DNA of 62,948 nt, the filler included, from an uncultured bacterium (GTDB lineage: Bacteria; CAYJOG01), in assembly GCA_964371695.1 (NCBI GenBank). It is 24 parts of 24 records of this genome, joined end to end, with 100 filler letters (N's around TTAATTAATTAA, not from the genome) between each part and the next. Parts side by side here need not be neighbours in the genome. Positions count along the whole stretch, not along the records: positions 52,835 to 55,312 come from CAYJOG010000507.1; positions 55,413 to 57,865 come from CAYJOG010000508.1; positions 57,966 to 60,409 come from CAYJOG010000509.1; positions 60,510 to 62,948 come from CAYJOG010000510.1; 20 more parts are not named here. The stretch is one strand, 5' to 3'. The position numbers and the translations under genes were made by a program. Below the pieces are notes generated by a model that was not told where the DNA came from, did no database searches, and saw only the letters and a program-made list of their open reading frames with translations. Each line of letters begins with the position of its first letter. Position 1 is the stretch's first letter. Below, one piece after another: positions 54,814 to 62,948 of the stretch.

Positions 54814-55197
54814 TCATGGGTCTGGCGTGATCGTGGTCAATGGGCGCACAAGACCAGCCCAAGGTGTGTCCGCCACCCGTGTGGCCAGGCGGTCATCGGC
54901 CGTGAGCAGGGCTGTCTGTTCCCGCTCCGCCAGAGCAAGGTAAAGGCAGTCATAAAAGGGGTGGTCCAGAACATGGCTGATTTCAAGGGCGCGGGGGCCA
55001 AGGGGTGCTGAAGGAAAAAGCGATTGAAACAACAGCGGCAGACGCATCATCGCCCTGGCCGCCTGCTCCGGGCGGATTTCTGACCGGCGCAGGGCTTTCC
55101 ACAGGGCGTTGCCTGTTTCTGCGATCAAAAGGTCAGGCGCAATCCAGCCTTTTGCCCCTTGCCAGAGGCGGGCCACCTGTTCGCTCTCAGCCTCCTG
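54814..55197 (-). pseudogene. vapC: VapC/PIN toxin, 5'-truncated by element insertion
   Basis: APDLL.AE..NALWK, YDCLYLALA, LLTAD present; N-terminal VVDAS-type motif replaced by the element at 55198. Confidence 0.75.
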
Positions 55198-55312
55198 ATA
55201 CCAATGAACATTCAAAACAGCAGGAATGTTCATTGGTTTTAATGGCCTTGCCGTTCATCGTGAACGGCTGCGGCCCGGCGCGGCGCAGGCAAAGCCCGCT
55301 TGCGCCGCGAAC
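55198..55312 (+). mobile_element. ATACCAATGAACATTC element, copy 3 (longest visible)
   Basis: Same start as 2561 and 15971, continuing with further hairpins to contig end. Confidence 0.65.
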
Positions 55313-55412
55313 NNNNNNNNNNNNNNNNNNNNNNNNNNNNNNNNNNNNNNNNNNNNTTAATTAATTAANNNNNNNNNNNNNNNNNNNNNNNNNNNNNNNN
55401 NNNNNNNNNNNN

Positions 55413-55529
55413 GTCCAGCACGGCGTCTTCGGCTTTTTCCAGCAACTCTTCGCCAAAACGCAAACCCAGCAGTCGCACCTGATACAGGTCATCCTGCAAC
55501 CGGCGATATTGGCTGAGCGCCTCAGACAT
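55413..55529 (-). CDS. small helical protein, 5' part (putative immunity/antitoxin)
   Basis: ATG overlaps the end of the upstream gene by 8 nt; MSEALSQYRRLQDDLYQVRLLGLRFGEELLEKAEDAVLD. Confidence 0.55.
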
Positions 55530-55914
55530 GGCTTTTTCTCCAAAGTGGCCTCGTGCTGATCAGAGCCGACTCGAATTCCCCCAAGGTGCATTCTACCACA
55601 GGCTCGATTTGGCCGTGGCTGTTGTTCCTCGCCAGCGCCAGTCCGGTGACGTCTGGCGGCCAGTCCAGGCAAAACACCGGATCGCGGCCATCTCCACCCA
55701 GTGAAAGGGGAAGACGGTGTTTGGGCAAAAAATGCGGCTCATCCACCGCCACCGACATCCCCATGCCGGGGTGAACCTTGCCAGAGGCATCTGGGTTGAC
55801 GTCCCACTTGTCCACCCCCAGGCCAGCCACCCGTACACCCAGCCTGCGGGCGTGACGTCCCACCAGGGGCAAGCCATCTGCCGGGTCAGGCTTCATGGCG
55901 CGGAAAACTTTCAA
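55522..55914 (-). CDS. stand-alone Tse2-like ADP-ribosyltransferase-fold toxin (putative)
   Basis: VFRAM, LGVR, GMSV, LP.HR, GG.GRDPV, SHGQIEP pattern recalled from polymorphic toxin tip domains. Confidence 0.55.
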   Translation of the reverse strand: MKVFRAMKPDPADGLPLVGRHARRLGVRVAGLGVDKWDVNPDASGKVHPGMGMSVAVDEPHFLPKHRLPLSLGGDGRDPVFCLDWPPDVTGLALARNNSHGQIEPVVECTLGEFESALISTRPLWRKSHV

Positions 55915-55922
55915 CTGACGAA

Positions 55923-56834
55923 TTACTCCGCCTTGGGCAAGGCGTCATAGGCGTCCCAATATTCGGCCACCATGTCTTCCACCACTTCTTTCAGCGGTTT
56001 GACGCCGCCAATCAGCCCCACGCCCTGGCCAGAGCTGTACACGTCTTTCCAGCGGTTCACCTTTTCGCCCCGCGCAAGGGCCTCTTTGAACTTGTCGTAG
56101 GACGCCTTGAGCCAGTTGGCCTTGGTGCCGCTCACTTCGTCGCTGTAAACCAGGTCTTCGGGGCCGTGGCTCAGCATCATCTCTTTGAAGTCTTCCTGCG
56201 CGCCGCTTTCGGTGGTGGCGATGAAGCGTGTGCCCACATAAGCCAGTTGCGCCCCCAGAGACAGGGACGCCAGCACCTGCCTGCCGCCGTTGATGCAGCC
56301 CGACAAAATGATGGGCGCCTTCACCCGGTCCCGCAGATAGGGGGCCAGCACAAAGGGGTTGAGCAGGCCCGCGTGGCCCCCCGCGCCATAGGCCACGGCG
56401 ATGATGCCGTCAATGTCAATGGCGTCCACCTTTTTGGCGTGGCGTTCGTTGATCACGTCGTGAAACACCAACATGCCGTGCTGGTGGGCTTTTTTCACCA
56501 CGTCGGTGGGCAGGCCCAGGCTGGTGATGATGACGGGCACCTTGTGTTCGATGCAGGCGTTCAGATCGTCATCCAGCCGCCCGCCGTCAAACTTGATCAT
56601 CAGGTTGATGGCGTAAGGCCCCTTGGCGCGGGCGTTCACGTCTTCGAGCAGGTTGCGGAAATCCTCGTGGGTGCGGGCGTTGAGCGCGGGCATGGCCCCC
56701 AGAATCCCCACCTTGCTGGCTTCCACCAGCATGTCGGCGTTGCTCACCAGAAACATGGGCGCGGAGACGATGGGATATTTGAGTCCCAGCTCTTTGCTGA
56801 GGGGGGTGTGAAAAGGGGCGAGTTTGCGGCTCAT
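55923..56834 (-). CDS. nitronate monooxygenase / FabK-like flavoenzyme
   Basis: YPIVSAPMFLVS, GAGGHAG, YVGTRFIAT.ES, SSGQGVG. Confidence 0.92.
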   Translation of the reverse strand: MSRKLAPFHTPLSKELGLKYPIVSAPMFLVSNADMLVEASKVGILGAMPALNARTHEDFRNLLEDVNARAKGPYAINLMIKFDGGRLDDDLNACIEHKVPVIITSLGLPTDVVKKAHQHGMLVFHDVINERHAKKVDAIDIDGIIAVAYGAGGHAGLLNPFVLAPYLRDRVKAPIILSGCINGGRQVLASLSLGAQLAYVGTRFIATTESGAQEDFKEMMLSHGPEDLVYSDEVSGTKANWLKASYDKFKEALARGEKVNRWKDVYSSGQGVGLIGGVKPLKEVVEDMVAEYWDAYDALPKAE

Positions 56835-57028
56835 GGCGGGCCTCCCGGCGTGTGTTGATGCGGCAGTTTAAGCCGTGAGCCAGCCCCTTGCCATGCCCGG
56901 GCCGGGATGAAAAGTGAAAAGCAGGGTGAGGGGATTTAGATTTTGGTAAAGGACTGTCCGGGCATGGTCTCCGCTGCTTTTGAAGATTTACGTTAAAATG
57001 AAAGCCGAAAGCGCCATCCAATCAGGCC

Positions 57029-57253
57029 ATGACAAAACTCGGTACAAAAAGAGGAAAAGACCTGTCTTTGCTCCTTGAGCCGGGGGCGCTCGCTGCCCTG
57101 GACATTGCCGAAGACACGCCGCTCGAAATCCACACCGACGGCCGGTCCATCATCATTTCTCCGGCAGGCGACGCCCATCAGGGCCAGGCATTCGCCCAGG
57201 CCGTGGCCGACCTTCACGCCCAATACGGCGACATGCTCAAAAGGCTTGCTTAG
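57029..57253 (+). CDS. AbrB/MazE-family antitoxin
   Basis: G..LSL, TPLEIHTDGRSIIISP, MLKRLA; 3 nt before doc. Confidence 0.85.
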   Translation: MTKLGTKRGKDLSLLLEPGALAALDIAEDTPLEIHTDGRSIIISPAGDAHQGQAFAQAVADLHAQYGDMLKRLA

Positions 57254-57256
57254 GGC

Positions 57257-57655
57257 ATGCAAGACCCGGTTTTTCTGAACCTGGAAAAAATACTGACCCT
57301 TCACCGTGACCTCATTGAACGCTATGGGGGCACGTTGGGTGTTCGGGATCCGGCGCTGCTGGAGTCCGCCGTTCAAATGCCCCAGGCGGGTTTCGGGGAG
57401 CGATGGCTTCATCAGGACATTTTTGAGATGGCGGCGGCCTACCTGTTTCACCTTGTGGGGAACCACGCTTTTGTGGATGGAAACAAACGGGTTGGCGCCT
57501 CGGCGGCTTATATTTTTCTTCACTTGAATGGGATCCGGCTGATCGCATCTGAAAACGAATATGAGGCGCTTGTGCTCGCCGTGGTCCAGGGCCATGCCGA
57601 CAAAAAGGCCATTGCCGCCTTCTTCAGAAACAACAGTCGGTTATCCGAATGTTGA
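57257..57655 (+). CDS. doc: death-on-curing (Fic/Doc) toxin
   Basis: H..LI.RYGG..GVRD..LLESA, NHAFVDGNKR. Confidence 0.93.
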   Translation: MQDPVFLNLEKILTLHRDLIERYGGTLGVRDPALLESAVQMPQAGFGERWLHQDIFEMAAAYLFHLVGNHAFVDGNKRVGASAAYIFLHLNGIRLIASENEYEALVLAVVQGHADKKAIAAFFRNNSRLSEC

Positions 57656-57750
57656 CAGGCGCACGAAGGGCTTTCTTGCCCGCACCCTGCTGGTCCATCT
57701 GATTAAGCACCCCTGACAAAATTGATTTTGTTGGGGGTGCTTATTCCCTT

Positions 57751-57811
57751 TGGTGGGGCAGGCATCTTGCCTGCCTTTCATATGAACGCAGGCAGGATGC
57801 CTGCGCCACCA
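57751..57811. repeat. GGTGG-type REP doublet
   Basis: GGTGGGGCAGGCATCTTGCCTGC...GCAGGCAGGATGCCTGCGCCACC; relatives at 44272 and 60379. Confidence 0.7.
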
Positions 57812-57965
57812 GAACTGGTTTTTGTTTTTTGTCCTTACTGGATTCCCGCTTTCGCGGGAATGACGNNNNNNNNNNNNNNNNNNNNNNNNNNNNNNNNNNN
57901 NNNNNNNNNTTAATTAATTAANNNNNNNNNNNNNNNNNNNNNNNNNNNNNNNNNNNNNNNNNNNN

Positions 57966-58684
57966 GGGTCACTCGACTGTGTGACGGTGAGGCTGCCCAC
58001 GTACCCCCCCAGCGAGCCACCCAGCAGGCCCGCCGGGCTTTGCTGCTTCATCCACTGCACCATGGCGCGCACGTCGCACACCGCCTGGGCGGCGGCCTCG
58101 ATGCTGCGGGGCAGATCGCCCGACATGAAAAACTCGCCACTGAACTGGGCGTGGCGCGGCTGGCGGTGCATGTGAAACGGAAAGGACATGAGCACGAGGC
58201 GCACCGGCGCGTCGCCCATCAGTTCCCAGGGCTTGAGCGACATGATTTCGGCAAAGCTGGACATGCTCCAGCCGTGCAAAAACAAAATGCCCAGCTTGGG
58301 CGCTTTGCCCTTTGGCTCAAACACCCGCACGGTCACGTTCTGGTTTTCGGGCATGGCATAAAAATAGGGGGCGTACTCCGCGCCATAGGGCGTGTAGGGG
58401 CTTTCAAACGCGCCATCGTAAACCGTGAAATGGGGCGTTTCTTCACGCCGGTTGAGCTGGCGGATTTGAGCGGGCGGCGGCTTGGCGAAAAGTTGCGCCG
58501 GGTTGGCGTCCAGATAAGGCGCAAGCTTGAACCAGGCTGTCTGTCCGTGGTGTTCATAAAATGGCCCCAGCGTGGTAAGGGATTGAATCGACATGCCCAG
58601 CAGGTCCAGCGCCGCCCCCATCAAAAAATCGGGCCAATGCTTTTGGGCGATGGGCAGGAGCTCCTTGGGAATGGTGCGGAACAT
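57966..58684 (-). CDS. alpha/beta hydrolase, partial
   Basis: FLHGW, PFHMHR, GGSLGG nucleophile elbow. Confidence 0.85.
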
Positions 58685-58707
58685 GGGGAAAGAGCCACTG
58701 CCGCCGG

Positions 58708-60239
58708 TCAGGGCGTGGGTGGCTCGGCGTAGACCTCACTGGGTGCGCCGGGCATGCGGCCAAAGGGCCAGTTGGCCGGGTCGTGATTTTGCCAGTCCAG
58801 TTGCAGGGGGTCTGCCGGGGGCGGGCCGCCCGCGCCGGGAATGTATTGGGGGCCACGGGGCCAGTCGTCGGGGTGTTCATCCTGATAGGTTGGCCCAAAA
58901 CCATCCAGCGCGGGCAGTTCGGGTGGTTTTTCCCAGTCCTGACGCACACCGCTGGAACGCGGCGGAGCCACCCAGGTGCCCCCCACGCTGCGTTCAAAGG
59001 TCTGATGCGGGGCATATCGCAGGTCGTGGGGCACGGGGCGGTTTTCCTGCGCCAGTTCCTGCTGCCCCATGGGGTTGCGGCTGCGCACCGGCAGGGCGAT
59101 GTCAAAGGCCAGGGGCTGGCCCTGCTGATCCACCGCCGGGCAAAAACCCGTGGGTTTGAAGTGATACACACCGTCCTGCACCGTCACCGGCCCGGCGCTT
59201 GGGGCCACCAGCATTTCCCACGCGCCGCGCATGGCGGCGCTGCCTGCGGGTGAGGCCTCGAACAGTTTCAGTTCCTGCCCCAGGCGCGGGTTCACGCCAA
59301 ATCGGCCTTCTTCATAAACAAACCGGGCCACGCCCACACCCACGTTTTCATTGCACTGGCGCTCCTGCTGACCTGCCTTGAAATAAAGCACGGGCAGGAG
59401 TTCATCGCCGGGATACACATCTGGCAACGGCTCGGAAAAACCCGCCGGGCCGGGCGGATGAATGAGCTGCACCGGCTGGCCAGCACGCAGCAACACCAGA
59501 AAAAACCGCCGGTCGGTGGCGCGCCAACTTTGTGTGGCGGCGTTCAGTTCGTCCATCAGCAGGTGGGCGATGCCGGTGCCCTGCAACATGGATGCGGTGT
59601 CCAGCGGGCCAAAGCGCCGGGGCAGCGACCAGTCGGTGACCTGGGCCTTGATGAGTTCCCGCAGGCTTTCGGCGTCCACACACCGGCGGCAGTGGTCCAA
59701 TATCCGCCGCCACGCCTGCACGTCCACCGAAAAGTAATAAGGCCCCCACACGCTTTGCCACGCTTCTTCGGGGGACTTCTGCTGGCGGTCTATCTGGCGC
59801 TGCAACACCCGCAGATTGGGGGCAAACGCCGTTTCGGGCCGGGCCTTGAGCACCACCTGCCATTCTTTGCTGGCAGCCACCACCTTGCCCTGACGGGCCA
59901 GGGCGCGGGCCAGCGTTTCGCGCAGAACAAGGTTTTCCGGCTCAAACATCAGCCCCTGGCGCAGCGCCAGCACGGCTTCGTCCAACCGGCCCAGACGCAC
60001 CAGGGTGCTGGCTGTCCAGTGGGCGATTTCGGGGCTTTCGGGATAACGCCGCCACAGTTCATCCCAGTCTCCCAGAGCGGCGTTGTAGTTGCGCAGCTCG
60101 GTGCTGGACTTGGCGCGGTCCACCAGTTCGGCGTCGCTCAGGTCCTGACGGGCGCGGGCAGGCGCGTGGCCGCACAGGCACAACACAGCNNNNNNNNNNC
60201 CAACACCCCACGGGCCAGACGACGCCAGCACACACGCAT
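58708..60239 (-). CDS. TPR-containing exported protein (internal 10-N gap)
   Basis: TPR-like helices LGRLDEAV, LARALARQG; probable ATG at 60239 behind CATAAT, frame across the gap uncertain. Confidence 0.65.
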
Positions 60240-60607
60240 GGCCCACATTATGACAGAGGACAGACCAGCCCGTCACGCCGACTGCTGCAACCTGTCTCGA
60301 CCCCACGATGCTTGCACCTTCGTTTTGGGCCGCGAGGGTCTGCTTAGAGCGTTTTCGAAAATGGTAGAGCATTGACTTGGTGGCGCAGGCATCCTGCCTG
60401 CGTTCATATNNNNNNNNNNNNNNNNNNNNNNNNNNNNNNNNNNNNNNNNNNNNTTAATTAATTAANNNNNNNNNNNNNNNNNNNNNNNNNNNNNNNNNNN
60501 NNNNNNNNNCGCGGTGTGGACACCGCGCCTACTCCTGTAAAGTGAATGAAACCTTAATTTTTTGACAAAAGTCAGCAGCTATTGTGATCCGCCCGTGCCA
60601 AACCTGA

Positions 60608-61771
60608 TTACTCCAGGTGTTCTTTCAACACATCGCCCCGCAGGGGCTGGGCTTCTTTCATGGTTCTTTTGGCCCGTTCGATGTCCTCTTGCAGCATCAC
60701 CAGCGCCAAGCCCAGAAACAGGCCCCCCAGCAAACCAAACAGCACCAGCCGCTTGGGCTGGGGCCGGATGGGCAACAGCGGCACAAAGGGTTTGTCCAGA
60801 ATGGTGTATTTGGAAAGGTTGGCCTCCAGCGTGGGGCGCACCATTTCCAGTTTCTGCTTGGCGGCGGCCAGTTCCAGTCGGCTGCGTTCCACTTTTTCAC
60901 GCAGCACCACATAGGTGCGGCGTTCTTCGGGCATCCGTTTGATGAAGCCCCGCACACGGGCCAGTTCCCGCGCCACCTGGGCGCGTTCCCGGCGGTTGGC
61001 CGCCATGCGCGCCCCGGCGGCGTTGGCCTCCACCGGGTCAATGGCAAACCGTGTGCTCACTTTCAGGTCCTGATATTCCCGGTCCAGTTGTATGACCCGC
61101 AGGGCCAGAGAGGGTTCCTGAGACAGTTCCCGCTGGGTCTGGGGCTCAATGGCCGAAATGCCATGGCGTTTTTCAAACTCGGTCATGGCCTTGAGGGCTT
61201 TTTCGGCGGCGACCTGCTTGCGGTCGAAGTCGTGCTGGATGTATTCCCAGGTGTGGCTGACGTTCTCGCGGAAAAACGCGATGGCCTCTTCGGTGAGCGC
61301 CAGCGAAAGCTCACCCGCCAGCACCGGGTCGGGCCATTCCACCAGCACCGTGGAAATCTGCCCCAGGGAGTCCACCTTCACCAGAGAAAACATGAAATCC
61401 AGAATCCGGTCTTTTCCTTCCAGCCCCGGCGGCAGGTGACCGGTAAAGCGTTTGTCCTGCAAAAATCCGCGTTTTTCGAGCATGCGCCACTGAATGGTGC
61501 GGCTTCTCACCAGTTCCTTGAGCAGGTCCATCTGCGTGGTGTTGGAGCCCAGCAGGCCGTCCAGACTGGTGGGCATCTGCGCCCCGCTGCCCATGGGGCT
61601 GGACAGCAACATGGGGTATTCCCCCTGATAGAGCAGCACTTTGGTGGGGGCGGCGTAATAAGGCACGCGGGTTTTGGCGAACATGGCCGCCCCCGCCGCG
61701 CCCACGAGCATCAGCAGCGTCACGACATACCACCGCGCACGAAGCCGTATGAAAAGTTCTCCCACGCCCAA
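60608..61771 (-). CDS. Wzz/GumC-like polysaccharide co-polymerase
   Basis: N- and C-terminal TMs, coiled coil, ILD.P..P..P..P, Gly-rich last TM. Confidence 0.85.
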   Translation of the reverse strand: MGVGELFIRLRARWYVVTLLMLVGAAGAAMFAKTRVPYYAAPTKVLLYQGEYPMLLSSPMGSGAQMPTSLDGLLGSNTTQMDLLKELVRSRTIQWRMLEKRGFLQDKRFTGHLPPGLEGKDRILDFMFSLVKVDSLGQISTVLVEWPDPVLAGELSLALTEEAIAFFRENVSHTWEYIQHDFDRKQVAAEKALKAMTEFEKRHGISAIEPQTQRELSQEPSLALRVIQLDREYQDLKVSTRFAIDPVEANAAGARMAANRRERAQVARELARVRGFIKRMPEERRTYVVLREKVERSRLELAAAKQKLEMVRPTLEANLSKYTILDKPFVPLLPIRPQPKRLVLFGLLGGLFLGLALVMLQEDIERAKRTMKEAQPLRGDVLKEHLE

Positions 61772-61891
61772 GACAGCGCATTATAGGCCAGAGACCAGAG
61801 GCTGGAAGCTGGAGGCTGGAAGTCGGAAAAAGAAAATGCAGCCTCGTTCCCTCTGCCCTCCGGCTCCCGCCTCAAGCCTATAATCCCCCCC

Positions 61892-62674
61892 ATGAAAGTG
61901 GTCATTCTGTGCGGCGGCCAGGGCACGCGGTTGAGGGAAGAAACCGAGTTCAAGCCAAAGCCCATGGTGCAAATCGGCGACAAGCCCATTCTGTGGCACA
62001 TAATGCGCCACTACGCCCATCATGGATTCAAGGAGCTTGTGTTGTGCCTGGGTTACTAGGGCGACGTGATCCGCGATTATTTTCTCAACTTTTCTTATCG
62101 CAACTGCGACTTCACCGTGACACTGGGCCAGCAGCACGACATCACCCTGCACACGCCGCCCGCCGAGCTGGACTGGCGGGTGACCCTGGCCGAAACAGGT
62201 CAGGCCACGCTCACGGGGGCACGGGTGAAAAAAGCCGCCCGGCACCTGGGGGGCGGGCCTTTCATGCTCACCTATGGCGACGCCGTGGCCGACGTGGACC
62301 TGCGGGCGCTGCTGGCGGCGCATCAAAAATCTGGTCGGCTGGCCACCGTCACGGCGGTGCATCCGGGCAAGAGCCGTTACGGCGAATTAGAGAGTGAAAA
62401 TGACCGTGTGGCGAGCTTTGCCGAAAAACCCGACACCCACCAGAACACCCGCATCTCTGGCGGGTTTTTTGTATTCGAGCCGGGGTTTCTGGATTATCTG
62501 GACGACGACGAAGGGTGTGTGCTGGAGCAGGAACCCATGCAGCGGCTGGTGCAGGATGGCCAGCTTTCGGTGTTTCACCACACGGGTTACTGGCAGTGCA
62601 TGGACACCTACCGCGACACGCTGATGCTCAACCAGTTGTGGCAAAGCGGCGAGGCCCCCTGGAAGGTGGACTGA
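61892..62674 (+). CDS. rfbF: glucose-1-phosphate cytidylyltransferase with in-frame TAG at codon 56
   Basis: [55 protein letters not shown]. Confidence 0.9.
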
Positions 62675-62675
62675 C

Positions 62676-62948
62676 CTGGCCCCGGAAAAAAATATCTGGC
62701 TCGACCGCCACGTTTATGTCACCGGGGCCACGGGCCTGCTGGGGGGCTGGCTGGTGCGCACCCTGGTTGAGCGCGGCGCGAACGTGGTGTGTCTGGTGCG
62801 GGACTGGACGCCCCGCAGCGTGTTGTTGTCTTCGGAACTGGCCGGGTGCGTGACGCTGGTGCGCGGTGATTTGTTGGACGCAGAACTGGCGGGGCGGGTG
62901 CTGGCGGAATATGAAACCGAGGTGGTGTTTCACCTGGCGGCCCAGACC
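62676..62948 (+). CDS. rfbG: CDP-glucose 4,6-dehydratase-like NAD-dependent epimerase, 5' part (start uncertain)
   Basis: [17 protein letters not shown]...VFHLAAQ immediately after rfbF. Confidence 0.8.
   Translation, partial: MAPEKNIWLDRHVYVTGATGLLGGWLVRTLVERGANVVCLVRDWTPRSVLLSSELAGCVTLVRGDLLDAELAGRVLAEYETEVVFHLAAQT

Overview
This is not one continuous locus. It is 24 short contigs (~2.4-2.6 kb each, in roughly decreasing length) from a GC-rich, flagellated bacterium, probably a fragmented MAG. They are joined by artificial 100-nt N spacers containing TTAATTAATTAA, so gene order means something only within a contig. Contents: two tandem flagellins with CsrA-type leader hairpins, a sigma-28-driven FliD-like gene, housekeeping genes (pcrA/uvrD, ctpA, maeB, dnaN, truA, aspS, infB, hisC, beta-carbonic anhydrase, tRNA-Phe, tRNA-Leu), cbb3-type oxidase subunits, many secreted hydrolases, several toxin-antitoxin genes and a CDP-sugar locus. 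Most notable observations: (1) a Cys-bracketed, internally duplicated dockerin-like domain shared by two unrelated secreted proteases, suggesting a scaffolded extracellular protease complex; (2) a -10 box 6-9 nt before the start codon with no Shine-Dalgarno in about 16 genes, suggesting pervasive leaderless translation; (3) many nested REP/MITE-like elements, including a 162-nt structured element inserted in-frame into a signal peptide and an IS4-like MITE with a 12-bp target duplication inside a REP, with many elements carrying GGA-loop (CsrA-type) hairpins; (4) an intact HypF paralog that has lost its catalytic motifs; (5) a stand-alone Tse2-like toxin with a small partner gene; (6) an in-frame TAG at a conserved Lys of rfbF. 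All calls come from reading motifs by eye; no database search was run.
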